Virus record (IMG/VR): IMGVR_UViG_3300044733_003453
Location: 1 to 30,644 of that record
Origin: a virus
Lineage: Duplodnaviria > Caudoviricetes
DNA length: 30,644 nucleotides
Strand: one strand, 5' to 3'
This document shows, one piece after another, positions 1 to 8,538 of this stretch. The notes beneath the pieces are model-generated. The model saw only the letters and a program-made list of their open reading frames with translations. It was not told the DNA's origin and did no database searches. Position numbers and translations under genes: made by a program. The number at the start of each line of letters is the position of its first letter. Position 1 is the first letter of the stretch.

Positions 1-39
1 GCAGCCGCTGCAGCGCTGCTCATTCAGGGGTGGGAACAT
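1..39 (-). CDS. hypothetical protein, 5' part only (runs off the window; MFPPLNEQRCSGC...)
   Basis: ATG at 39 overlaps the TGA of the upstream minus-strand ORF; frame is open to the window edge; CxxC present. Confidence 0.4.
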   Translation of the reverse strand, partial: MFPPLNEQRCSGC

Positions 40-164
40 CACTCCCCCTCCCGGTTGAGCCGCTGGCAGGCAGCCCACCAAAGCGACGTGGCCAGCACGC
101 AGGCGCCCACCACGGCCTCAACGCAGATGATCTGCAGCAGGCCGGCGAGGATGGAGAGGGTCAT
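39..164 (-). CDS. small hydrophobic (single-TM) hypothetical protein, 41 aa
   Basis: Read by hand: MTLSILAGLLQIICVEAVVGACVLATSLWWAACQRLNREGE; ATGA coupling with the ORF at 161-436. Confidence 0.5.
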   Translation of the reverse strand: MTLSILAGLLQIICVEAVVGACVLATSLWWAACQRLNREGE

Positions 165-436
165 GAGGACACCTCCAGCACCTGGCGGCGCAGTGCCTCA
201 AGCACGGTGGTCGCAGCTCCGGGGCGCAACACGTCCCGTTGCGCATCGATCAACGCAACTACCCGGCCGCGCATGATCTCCTGGCCCTGCGCCAGTGCGG
301 CCTGCAGCGCCGGGGATTCGTGCAGGGCCTCAGTGGCACGGGCCACGGCGGCCTGTTCGGCAGCGAGGGCCTGCTGATCGGTTTCGATGTAGGCCAGCAG
401 GTCGTTCAGCTGCTGGCGGATGGTGGTGATCTGCAT
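161..436 (-). CDS. hypothetical helical/coiled-coil protein
   Basis: 91-aa ORF immediately downstream of ssb in the same operon; Ala/Gln/Leu-rich. Confidence 0.7.
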   Translation of the reverse strand: MQITTIRQQLNDLLAYIETDQQALAAEQAAVARATEALHESPALQAALAQGQEIMRGRVVALIDAQRDVLRPGAATTVLEALRRQVLEVSS

Positions 437-439
437 GGG

Positions 440-889
440 TCAGAACGGAACGTCGTCTTCGCCGATGTCGCCAGCGCTCGACTCCCACACCGACCCACCG
501 GCAGCAGGTACTGCAGCAGGCTTGGCAGCGGTGGCCGGCGCGGTGGTGTCAACTGGCGCCCAGCTGTGTAGCTTCAGTACCGGCTGGTGGCGCGGCTCAC
601 CGGTTTGCTTATCGGTCCATGACTCGAAACGGATCCGACCGGTGCAGTCGATCAGCTGGCCTTTCCTGGCGTTGTTGGCGAACTCTTCGGCTGCCTCAAA
701 CCAGATTTCAAGCTTCAGCCAATCAGGCTCTTTGCCGTCGTCACGACCCTTCTTCTCAGGGTGGTCAACTGCCATCTTGGCGTTGGCCACCATGGAGTTG
801 GCGAGGTACTTGATCTCAGGGTCTGCAGCCAGTCGGCCACGGAAGCTGTAGGTCTGGGCGCGGAGCAGGGTTTGGACTAGTGCGTTCAT
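440..889 (-). CDS. ssb: single-stranded DNA-binding protein
   Basis: OB-fold motifs GRLAADPEIKY, KGQLIDCTGRI..ESWTDK.TG and acidic C-terminal tip EDDVPF; start trimmed to ATG at 889. Confidence 0.93.
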   Translation of the reverse strand: MNALVQTLLRAQTYSFRGRLAADPEIKYLANSMVANAKMAVDHPEKKGRDDGKEPDWLKLEIWFEAAEEFANNARKGQLIDCTGRIRFESWTDKQTGEPRHQPVLKLHSWAPVDTTAPATAAKPAAVPAAGGSVWESSAGDIGEDDVPF

Positions 890-933
890 GGCGGAGTTGC
901 AGTTGGACAAATGAAACAAGCCAGGCCAGCCAA

Positions 934-1824
934 TCAGGCCGGCACGGCCCACGCAGCTGGCATGTCGTCGGGATCCATCACATCGGATGGGTCGGGTTCC
1001 GGTTCGGGGTCGGGTTCAGCGTTGGCAGCGTTCCAACGGCCGATCGTTTCAGCGCTCGCGCCAACACGCGCCAGCCGGCCCAGCACGTCATCGCTCAGCT
1101 GACCCAGTGCGGTGACGCCTTCACCGCCCAGCTCGCTCAGCATCGCCTGGAATCCATCGCCGCTCAAGCCTGCATCCTTCAGCCGGCGCATCGCCTGCGC
1201 TTGCACCTGATCACGTGACGGTGTGGCTTCGGTGACTGCAACGGTCACAACACCGTTTTCGTCAATCTCGCCCTGGGCGCCCAGTTCTTCCGGCGTGTAG
1301 GCCGTCATCCCGCCCAGCGCATCCGGGCAGTGCGTGCGCATGCCGGCGGTAAGCGCACGGGCAAACAGCATCGCTTCGGGGTACTGCTTCCACGGCCCGC
1401 CTTTGATCAACCCGGCACGTTCGGCCATCGCCATGCTGAACGTCTCAACGCCAAGCTCTTCCTTCCCTGCCAGAAACTTGATCCGGCACACCTGATCCGT
1501 CTTCTCCAGTACCCGGTAGTCGTAGAGCGGGTGCCGCTTGATCGCCTGCGCCAGCAGGTTGGCGCCAAACCCTGGCCGGCCGTTGATCACTGAGACGCCA
1601 GCGGCAGAGGCAAACGGGCCGAAGCCTGCTTCCATCCCAGCCAGAATCTTGATCGCGCACTCGGCCATCAGTGCATCAGGGTTGCCCTGGCTGCGGCCGA
1701 ACAGGCCAGACGCGGCAAACAGCCGCGCCAAGCGCTGCAGGTCATCTGGTGACTGAACCTTGAGGTTCAGGCTGGTGCCTGCCCCAGCAGTGGCCAGCGC
1801 TGAGCTGGCTGGTATCGATGCCAT
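934..1824 (-). CDS. RecT/Redbeta-like ssDNA-annealing recombinase
   Basis: VINGRP and PWKQYPEAMLFARA..GMR..CPDALGG..YTPEEL pattern typical of RecT-family phage annealases; adjacent to ssb. Confidence 0.75.
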   Translation of the reverse strand: MASIPASSALATAGAGTSLNLKVQSPDDLQRLARLFAASGLFGRSQGNPDALMAECAIKILAGMEAGFGPFASAAGVSVINGRPGFGANLLAQAIKRHPLYDYRVLEKTDQVCRIKFLAGKEELGVETFSMAMAERAGLIKGGPWKQYPEAMLFARALTAGMRTHCPDALGGMTAYTPEELGAQGEIDENGVVTVAVTEATPSRDQVQAQAMRRLKDAGLSGDGFQAMLSELGGEGVTALGQLSDDVLGRLARVGASAETIGRWNAANAEPDPEPEPDPSDVMDPDDMPAAWAVPA

Positions 1825-1851
1825 CGGTGGTGTGTGGTGGTGGCTCCCCGT

Positions 1852-1880
1852 ACTATACCGTTGCGGTTGCCAAACTGCAA
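1852..1880 (-). promoter_or_regulatory. sigma70-type promoter (TTGCAG-17-TATAGT) overlapping the palindrome TTGCGGTTGCCAAACTGCAA (1861-1880)
   Basis: -35 is the reverse complement of 1875-1880, -10 is the reverse complement of 1852-1857, 17-bp spacer; points at the recT-like gene. Confidence 0.7.
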
Positions 1881-1963
1881 ACCATCGCCGCTATGCAGTT
1901 CCCGCATACACGGTTTTCCACAGTACAAAAGCACTAAAACAGAACGCTGGCACTCCGCCCCCG

Positions 1964-2164
1964 ATGATCCGCATCCATTGCTCAGACCACAAAGACGCCG
2001 ATGCCGCATGGCGCATGCTCACCCACGTCCCTGATCACGACTTCCGGCCCGTTGAGCTCCACCTCGACGGCCACGGCATCCTCTACACCGTCATCCGCGC
2101 AGCGGACGGCTCCCAGTCATCAGTTCCGCCTGCAGTTCTCCAGGCCCGTACTCCCCTGGCTTGA
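1964..2164 (+). CDS. hypothetical protein (66 aa)
   Basis: ATG at 1964, MIRIHCSDHKDADAAW...; divergent from recT; 3' end overlaps the convergent ORF by 74 bp. Confidence 0.45.
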   Translation: MIRIHCSDHKDADAAWRMLTHVPDHDFRPVELHLDGHGILYTVIRAADGSQSSVPPAVLQARTPLA

Positions 2165-2939
2165 GGCCCCGCGCAACGCGGATCATTTCGGCCAGGGCAT
2201 GCAGCTCGCCTTCCAGCTCATCTCCGCTCAGCAGCTGCTCACCCGTGATCACCCGCCGCATCCGCTGCTGCCTGCCGCGATCACCCACGGGATACGCCTG
2301 CAGCAGGTTTTTGAGCCCTGCCATCGCACCCCAGCCACGTTCGGCGCACAGGCGGTCCAGCAGCTGCCCTAGCTCGCTGCTGGCCGCCCGCGCATCCTTC
2401 GCCGACAGCGGCGCTGGACCCACATACGGCAAGTCGAGGATCCCAACCAACAGCTCGGCCAGGTCGCCCAGCTCCAGCGGTTCGTTTGGATGATCCGGGT
2501 GCGGCAGCCAGCATGCAGTATCCAGCCATTCATCCTTCACGCCCCAGCCGGTATGCGGTCCAAGCCTCGCCCATGCTTTCTGCTGGCCCTTCACCTGCCA
2601 CAGCCAGATGGCCCGGTTGGCGGCAGCCAACGCATCGAGGTGCCGCACGGATGCGCCATAGGTGCGGTTTCCCTTCCGGATCCTGCTCAGCGTCCCCTTG
2701 TCCAGCATCCCCTGCTCATTCAGCCCCCAGCTGGCAATGGCCAGCAGTTGCTCATAGGCCAGGCCGGAGCGGGTCAGCCAGTAATTCAGCATCGCTGACA
2801 GCTGACGAATCCCGTTCTCATGCCGCATACTGGCCAGCCGCAACGGTTCCGCAAGCCCGCCTAGTGGTTCTGGTGGTGGTTCTGGGCCGTTGGTAAACGG
2901 GAACGGCAGGTCGGGGTGGGCCCCTGCTGTGATCTTCAT
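2091..2939 (-). CDS. hypothetical protein with possible XRE-like HTH (repressor candidate)
   Basis: 282-aa ORF; LTRSGLAYEQL...LDKGTLSRIRKG resembles an XRE HTH; function is weak inference. Confidence 0.6.
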   Translation of the reverse strand: MKITAGAHPDLPFPFTNGPEPPPEPLGGLAEPLRLASMRHENGIRQLSAMLNYWLTRSGLAYEQLLAIASWGLNEQGMLDKGTLSRIRKGNRTYGASVRHLDALAAANRAIWLWQVKGQQKAWARLGPHTGWGVKDEWLDTACWLPHPDHPNEPLELGDLAELLVGILDLPYVGPAPLSAKDARAASSELGQLLDRLCAERGWGAMAGLKNLLQAYPVGDRGRQQRMRRVITGEQLLSGDELEGELHALAEMIRVARGLKPGEYGPGELQAELMTGSRPLRG

Positions 2940-2962
2940 GGCACAACCGTACCGGTATTGGC

Positions 2963-3385
2963 CTAACTGTGGCCACCGAGCAGCGCTTGTGCATCCTCAA
3001 CGCTGCGGGCAATCCCCGCCTTGCCGCCTACCGTGCTGATGTGGTTAAGAAACTGCTGCTGCTCCTTGCTTGGCCTCCCCGTTGCTGATTTCACCTCAAC
3101 CGCAGCGAACACCGCCAGCCGCTGGCCCACCTGCTCAGGCCCCACCACCATGCTGTGATACCCGATCAGGTCGGAGCTGCCGACGCACAGGCCAGCGTGC
3201 AGCGGCCGGCCGTTCCTGATCACCACGTCACCCGGCCGCAAACCACGGGCGATCGCCCCCAGATTCCCTGCCGTCACCCTGGTGGAAGGCCCAGCCCATC
3301 CAGTGCCGACGTTGTTTCTCCACAGCCGCACGTCACCAGACCCGCAGGCCAGCAGAATCCGTTGTTGAACCGCATGTTCTGACAT
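2963..3385 (-). CDS. VRR-NUC domain PD-(D/E)XK nuclease
   Basis: MSEHAVQQRI..., LWRNNVG, GSSDLIG, AVEVKSATGRPSKEQQQFL, GGKAGIARSVED; start trimmed to ATG at 3385. Confidence 0.88.
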   Translation of the reverse strand: MSEHAVQQRILLACGSGDVRLWRNNVGTGWAGPSTRVTAGNLGAIARGLRPGDVVIRNGRPLHAGLCVGSSDLIGYHSMVVGPEQVGQRLAVFAAVEVKSATGRPSKEQQQFLNHISTVGGKAGIARSVEDAQALLGGHS

Positions 3386-3436
3386 TCCCTGGCGTTGCGG
3401 TTGTGCAACGCCATACTGCCAGCAGAGGACACCTCT

Positions 3437-3465
3437 AGCCCCGCTCTGGTCAGGTGGGGCTTTTT
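3437..3465 (+). terminator. intrinsic terminator
   Basis: AGCCCCGCTCTG-GT-CAGGTGGGGCT stem followed by a T run. Confidence 0.7.
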
Positions 3466-3473
3466 CTTGCACA

Positions 3474-3483
3474 CCGGAAAACT
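3474..3483 (+). promoter_or_regulatory. putative late-promoter motif CCGGAAAACT
   Basis: Recurrent motif, 35 bp before the GTG of the lysis cassette. Confidence 0.6.
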
Positions 3484-3508
3484 CAAGCATCCGCCACCGT
3501 TGCCGATC

Positions 3509-3961
3509 GTGAAACAGCCAGCCTGGGCACCGCCAGCGTTTGGCGGCGCAATCGTTACCGGTGTTGCAGCGGCACTCATCAGCGGGTTTGAGATTGCCGA
3601 TTGCCTCTACTACAAAACCCAGCAAGGGCAATGCAATGAGGTAATACAGCGCAACGCACTGCCGTTGGTTGCTGGCATCGCTGGGATCATCGGCCCGCTG
3701 GCCGGTTTTATGACCCTCAATCCGCAACTGGAATCAGCTCCTGCTGCAATCCGCCGGCGGTGGGATACCGAGCCGGAGCCGATCCCGACACCAGATCCGC
3801 TGCCGACACCCGATCCGCCGGATGATATTGCCGAACCGGATGACGATACGGCGAGGATCGCTGCAGCCAAGATCCTTCGCGCCCAAGGCCTCACGCAGCA
3901 GGCCATCGCTGATCAGCTCGATGTGTCGCGCTCCACTGTTCAGCGTTGGCTAAAGGCATGA
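3509..3961 (+). CDS. two-TM membrane protein with Pro/Asp linker and C-terminal HTH (holin/antiholin candidate by position)
   Basis: Hydrophobic segments AFGGAIVTGVAAALISGF and LPLVAGIAGIIGPLAGFM; C-terminal LRAQGLTQQAIADQLDVSRSTVQRWL; GTG start at 3509. Confidence 0.7.
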   Translation: MKQPAWAPPAFGGAIVTGVAAALISGFEIADCLYYKTQQGQCNEVIQRNALPLVAGIAGIIGPLAGFMTLNPQLESAPAAIRRRWDTEPEPIPTPDPLPTPDPPDDIAEPDDDTARIAAAKILRAQGLTQQAIADQLDVSRSTVQRWLKA

Positions 3962-4134
3962 GCAGCCACGACGCGCAAATCATTGCCGACATCGTGATTG
4001 GTTCGCTGCTGGCGTCCGCTATGCGGCTGATTGCGATGGAGGCATTCATCAAACCCGCTGCCATCTGGGCCGGCCATCGCGGCTGGAACGTTCTCGATCG
4101 GCTTTTGGGTGATCGCCTACCTGATCTGAAATGA
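3958..4134 (+). CDS. small membrane protein, holin candidate
   Basis: 58 aa with hydrophobic IIADIVIGSLLASAMRLIAM; ATGA overlaps with both neighbours, directly upstream of the lysozyme. Confidence 0.6.
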   Translation: MSSHDAQIIADIVIGSLLASAMRLIAMEAFIKPAAIWAGHRGWNVLDRLLGDRLPDLK

Positions 4135-5306
4135 CTTTGGCCACCGTCCGCGCTGCCGCCGAGCACCTCGCCAGGGTGGGCAGCATCACGCCGCACCAGC
4201 TGGCAGCCCTCCAGGCGCTGGATGAGTCGCTGAGCGATGAACAGCGCCAGGAGTTCACCGAGCTGTGGAGGGCCCAAGGCAGCCCAGCAGCGCCCGAGCC
4301 GGCACCAGCTGCGGCATGGCTGCCCTCAGCACGAAGAATCATCAAGGAGTTCGAGGGCCTCAGGCTCCAGGCTTACCCCGATGCCGGCGCATGGGCCATC
4401 GGCTGGGGATCGACCACCATCGGCGGCAAGGTGGTTCGCGAGGGTCAGAGCATCACCCAAGCGCAGGCTGACGCGCAGCTGGACGCCGACCTAGTGCGGT
4501 TCTATGACGCGCTGGTGCGGGCGATTCCTGCGGTCGCCAGCTGGCAGCCCAACCGGGTCGCTGCATTGCTCAGCTGGACATACAACGTCGGCGTGGGCGC
4601 AATGCAGGACAGCACCCTGCGGCGGCGCATCCTGGCGGGCGAGGATCCGGCGGTGGTGGTCGCCGCCGAATTCCCGCGCTGGAACAAATCAGGCGGCACA
4701 CCGCTGGCTGGCCTGACCCGCCGTCGTAATGCAGAGGTGGCGCTGTTCGTCGGGCAGCAGCTGCAGCAGCAAGGCACCACCACACCCGCCGGCATGGTCG
4801 GGCCGAAGAAAGCGCCACCACTTAAGCCAGGCGACCATCACCTCATTGCCGATGATCGCGCCGAATCGCTCACCGCTTGGACACACGACGGCAAACGCCT
4901 GTGGTCTATTCCATGCCTCTGCCGTGGCCAGGGCCGTGAATCCGAGTGGAACACCACCGGCAGCGATACCCCACCAGGGCTGTATCTAGTCGGCAAGGTT
5001 TACCGAGACTATGAGCAGAATCCGTCAGCCACGTTCAGCGCTGATCGTCGGGCTTATGGCTGGTATTCACTTGACCTGATCGGGCAGGAGGGGCAGGAGG
5101 GCCCCGGCAGCAAGTACGGCCGTGACGGCATCATGATGCACGGCGGCGGCAGTGCCTGCGGATGGCCCGGTGCGTGGGCGCCACGGCAGCCTTTGCATCC
5201 CACGCTCGGCTGCATCCGGCTCCACAACGTAGACCTCAGGGATCGCGTGCTTCCATTGCTTGCGCTGGGTCGCATCTGGGTGTCAGTGCTCCAAGAAGCA
5301 GCGTGA
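4131..5306 (+). CDS. endolysin: GH24 (T4-like) lysozyme plus C-terminal YkuD/L,D-transpeptidase-like domain
   Basis: IKEFEGLRLQAYPD..WAIGWGST, ALLSWTYNVGVGA, RWNK.GG..LAGLTRRRNAE (GH24); TPPGLY, GIMMHGG...TLGCIRL (YkuD H...C motif). Confidence 0.88.
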   Translation: MTLATVRAAAEHLARVGSITPHQLAALQALDESLSDEQRQEFTELWRAQGSPAAPEPAPAAAWLPSARRIIKEFEGLRLQAYPDAGAWAIGWGSTTIGGKVVREGQSITQAQADAQLDADLVRFYDALVRAIPAVASWQPNRVAALLSWTYNVGVGAMQDSTLRRRILAGEDPAVVVAAEFPRWNKSGGTPLAGLTRRRNAEVALFVGQQLQQQGTTTPAGMVGPKKAPPLKPGDHHLIADDRAESLTAWTHDGKRLWSIPCLCRGQGRESEWNTTGSDTPPGLYLVGKVYRDYEQNPSATFSADRRAYGWYSLDLIGQEGQEGPGSKYGRDGIMMHGGGSACGWPGAWAPRQPLHPTLGCIRLHNVDLRDRVLPLLALGRIWVSVLQEAA

Positions 5307-5497
5307 TGATCCGCGTGTTCTGGTTCAATGGCGGAACATTCCATCAGGATGTGCCGGATAATGAAGCGAGAGAGCTAATCCGACGCCTCAGGTGTACTGG
5401 GTTCTTGGTGTGGTGTCATCGGCTTGTTCCTGAATCGCTAACCCACCGGAAACCTGATAGCAGCGCCTTGCGCCCATGTCGGAGTTTCGATCGCTGA
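5306..5497 (+). CDS. hypothetical protein
   Basis: ATG overlaps the lysin stop (TGATG); MIRVFWFNGGTFHQDV... Confidence 0.45.
   Translation: MIRVFWFNGGTFHQDVPDNEARELIRRLRCTGFLVWCHRLVPESLTHRKPDSSALRPCRSFDR
5446..5455 (+). promoter_or_regulatory. putative late-promoter motif CCGGAAACCT
   Basis: 30 bp before the HNH ATG at 5476. Confidence 0.55.
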
Positions 5498-5802
5498 TCG
5501 ATGAAACCGAACTCCACACCAAACGCGCTACCAAACACCGATTCAGAGCACGAATCTTTGAAGCCTGGAATTACCAGTGTGCCTACTGCAACCAACCAGC
5601 AGACACCCTTGATCACGTCATCCCGCGATCTGCTGGTGGGCTCACTGTTGCCGGCAACCTGATCCCAGCCTGCCGACGATGTAATGGCGCGAAATCATCT
5701 GCCGATTGGCGTGATTGGTTCGCCGCGCAATCCTGGCATTGCCCTGATCGCGCATTACGAATCGATGGCTGGCTTAATCCACCCACCACCAACGCAGCAT
5801 GA
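5476..5802 (+). CDS. HNH endonuclease
   Basis: CAYC..TLDHVIPRSAGG.TVAGNLIPACRRCNGAKS. Confidence 0.92.
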   Translation: MSEFRSLIDETELHTKRATKHRFRARIFEAWNYQCAYCNQPADTLDHVIPRSAGGLTVAGNLIPACRRCNGAKSSADWRDWFAAQSWHCPDRALRIDGWLNPPTTNAA

Positions 5803-6524
5803 CAATCGATCCCAGGTTTCGCGTCGCCGTACTGACGAAAACGCCTAACCCGCAGCGTACAATCTGGGCCGCCATGCACCAGGATTACAGCGAGAACTGG
5901 GTAGCAGCTGAACCGATACCCGATGAAACCCGCGCCGGGCAAATTGCCGTCAAGCGCCTACTCAACGGCGAACGCGGGCACTTCGGGCCACTTGAGCATC
6001 CCCAGATCACCCTTGCCGTTGGCTGGTTCCCGCACTCAGTAATGCAGCAAGCCCGCACCCATCGGGTTGGTGTTTCGTTTGATGTGCAATCCGGTCGCTA
6101 TACCGGCCAACGAATCCTTGACGTAGTATCAGGCGCCAGAGAAGTGGAAGAGGTATTCTACCTGCGGCCAGTTGGTGAATACAGCGACCGTCAAGGCGCG
6201 AAGTACACCTACACCGAAGATCAGCGCATTGCTGACCTGGCACGGTGTTACGACGCTGCTGCGCACTATGCCCAACGGCTCAGGGAAGGGTTATCCGAAG
6301 AACATGCACGCGGAACGATTCCGTTTGATGTGCGTCAGCATTTTGTTGTATCGTTCAGCCTGCGGGCAGCTCTGCACTTCCTCGACCTACGTGCCAAAGC
6401 GGACGCACAGGATGAGATCCGCCACCTCTGCGGCCTGATCTGGCCGCACTTTGAATCATGGGCACCTGAAATCGCCAGCTGGTATCAGAAGGCACGCTGG
6501 GGCCGCGCCAGGCTGGCGCCTTAG
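5799..6524 (+). CDS. thyX: FAD-dependent thymidylate synthase (cyanobacterial/cyanophage type)
   Basis: GHFGPLEH, QARTHRVGVSFDVQSGRY, EHARG..PFD, SLRAALHFLDLRAKADAQDEIR. Confidence 0.95.
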   Translation: MTIDPRFRVAVLTKTPNPQRTIWAAMHQDYSENWVAAEPIPDETRAGQIAVKRLLNGERGHFGPLEHPQITLAVGWFPHSVMQQARTHRVGVSFDVQSGRYTGQRILDVVSGAREVEEVFYLRPVGEYSDRQGAKYTYTEDQRIADLARCYDAAAHYAQRLREGLSEEHARGTIPFDVRQHFVVSFSLRAALHFLDLRAKADAQDEIRHLCGLIWPHFESWAPEIASWYQKARWGRARLAP

Positions 6525-7144
6525 GCCGCGTCGCGCAGCGCCTCGAACGTCATGCCAAGCACCCGCACTGGCCGTTGCTGGCGTATTGCAATGGTGATAG
6601 CCGCCTGGCTCACGTGGAGCTCAGCGGCCGCCTGGTTGGCACTGGGCCAAACCTGACCGCTCTCCAGGCACCGTATCCGCCAGTCACCGCGATGCCGTGG
6701 GTACCGGTTGGCCACCTGCTCAGCCAGCTCGCGATCCTCGAGCAGCTGGAACAGGCGATCTGCGTCGAATCCACCCAAGGCCTGTGGGCGCTGCCGTGCC
6801 AGGCGGCGCCAGGCCGGTCGACTTACGTACCGAAACTTCCCACGCCAGACCGGTCGAAGGATCTCCTTGATGTGTTTCCGGCCTAGCCAGGCCTCAACCC
6901 TGGTACCAGGACAGCCCAGGATTTCAGCTGCACCACCGCTGGTAACCCACTCACCAGTTCGCACCCTGGCAGCGTGGCCCATCCTGATCAGCCGCTGCTG
7001 AATTGCGCGATGGGTGCGCTCAGGCCAGCCATGTTCTGCTGCATGCCTTTGATACAACCGCACGATTTCCTTTAACGGCAGATCGCCGGCCATTGTTTCA
7101 AGGAACTCCGACTCGGCGCTGGACCAACGAACTCCCAGGATCAC
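6521..7144 (-). CDS. multi-HTH DNA-binding protein with C-terminal NUMOD1-like domain
   Basis: WSSAESEFL N-terminus, TSGGAAEILGC (excisionase/MerR-like HTH), IRCLESGQVWPSANQAAAELHVSQAAIT (NUMOD1-like). Confidence 0.65.
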   Translation of the reverse strand: MILGVRWSSAESEFLETMAGDLPLKEIVRLYQRHAAEHGWPERTHRAIQQRLIRMGHAARVRTGEWVTSGGAAEILGCPGTRVEAWLGRKHIKEILRPVWRGKFRYVSRPAWRRLARQRPQALGGFDADRLFQLLEDRELAEQVANRYPRHRGDWRIRCLESGQVWPSANQAAAELHVSQAAITIAIRQQRPVRVLGMTFEALRDAA

Positions 7145-8538
7145 GCCACCGCCTTCCCGCGCTTGGCCTCCCTGGCTTCAATCACATGCCGCGCCCAGCC
7201 TCGCGGGTTCTTCATCCCCCGGCGTTTACCAACGTCAATCAGCTGCTCCAGCGTGGTGGCCGTGGCCTGCTCGCGCTTCGCTTCCCGCCGTTGGATCTCA
7301 ACCAGCTCACCGGGAACCTGCATAATCTCCCGCCGCTCAGGGGTGAATTGGTGGCCGCAGTCGGGGCAGACTGGTTTTGCCGAGGGCATGCAACTGAAAC
7401 ATGCCGGACAGACCTTCACTGATGGGGCCTTCTCGCCACCTTGGCGGCCAACCTTTCCCTCTAGGCTCCACTCGCGATCATCGGTCGGCAGGCCGTGCCG
7501 GTGGCTGTTGCCAACGTGATCCAACACCACGGCATACGGCTTGCCGTCGCACTTCCGCAACCCACGGCCTACCTGCTGGAGATATAGGGACAGGCTGTCT
7601 GTTGGCCTTAACAGCTGCACGCCTGCGACACTGGGAATGTCTGTGCCTTCGCTCACGATTTCACAGCTGAACAACGCTTTGAGCACTCCATCGCCTAGGT
7701 CGCTGATCATCTGCCGGCGCAGGATTGGATCGGTCTTGCCGTCCAGCGATGCCGCCGGAATCCCAGCCTCTCGATACAGCTCGGCCATCGCCGCAGCATG
7801 GGGGACGCTGATGCAGAACCCCAGCACCGTGCCGTTGTGGATCGGCGCGATCTCCCGGCGGTAGTGGCCAACCGGATCGCCCATCGCCTCGCGAACGCCG
7901 AGGATCTGCGAGGCCTTCGCTTTGCCGGTCGGCGTGTCGAAGTTCCTGATGCCAGACAGGTCCACGCCTGGCGGCGCCAGCACCCTTGCCCTGGCCAGGA
8001 AGCCCTGATCGGTCAGCCACTGCGCGGTAGGCCCCAGCACCAGGTGACGGAAATACCCGCCGTGCCCCTCTCCCAGGCCTTCGCCCGACAGCCGCTGTGG
8101 CGTGGCCGTCAGCCCCACCAGGTAGGCGTTGGGCCATGCGGCGATCACCTTGCCCCACTTGTTCCCTTCGATCAGGTGGTGGGCTTCGTCCTGAATGATC
8201 AGCGTTGGCGCCGGGACCTTGTGCAGCCGCCTGGCCAGGGTGTCCACGCTGCAGACCTGGACCGGCTGGCTCAGGTCCATGCTCCGGTGCATGGCGATCA
8301 ACCCATGGCGCACGCCGTGATTGCTCATCCGGCCCGAGAGATCCTCGATCAGCTCCTTTCTGTGCGCCAGCACGTACACCCTGTGGCCGCGCTGTGCAGC
8401 CGTGGCCGCCATGTGCGCAGCCACCGTGCCCTTGCCCGACCCGGTCGCCATCGTGCCCACCACGCGGCGATGGATGCGCAGCGCAGCGGAGATGTCGGCG
8501 GTGAAGGTTTGCTGATAGGGGCGGAGGGTGAGGGTCAC
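7141..8538 (-). CDS. superfamily 2 (DEAH-box) helicase with C-terminal Zn finger
   Basis: LRPYQ, ATGSGKG (Walker A variant), QDEAHH, LTATP, EGTDIP, YLQQVGRGLR, CPAC..CPDC. Confidence 0.93.
   Translation of the reverse strand: MTLTLRPYQQTFTADISAALRIHRRVVGTMATGSGKGTVAAHMAATAAQRGHRVYVLAHRKELIEDLSGRMSNHGVRHGLIAMHRSMDLSQPVQVCSVDTLARRLHKVPAPTLIIQDEAHHLIEGNKWGKVIAAWPNAYLVGLTATPQRLSGEGLGEGHGGYFRHLVLGPTAQWLTDQGFLARARVLAPPGVDLSGIRNFDTPTGKAKASQILGVREAMGDPVGHYRREIAPIHNGTVLGFCISVPHAAAMAELYREAGIPAASLDGKTDPILRRQMISDLGDGVLKALFSCEIVSEGTDIPSVAGVQLLRPTDSLSLYLQQVGRGLRKCDGKPYAVVLDHVGNSHRHGLPTDDREWSLEGKVGRQGGEKAPSVKVCPACFSCMPSAKPVCPDCGHQFTPERREIMQVPGELVEIQRREAKREQATATTLEQLIDVGKRRGMKNPRGWARHVIEAREAKRGKAVA

Noticed and set aside
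3386-3727. N-terminal extension of the VRR-NUC ORF to 3727
   Set aside because: Overlaps a terminator, regulatory motifs and the opposite-strand gene; the domain begins at MSEHAVQ (3385)
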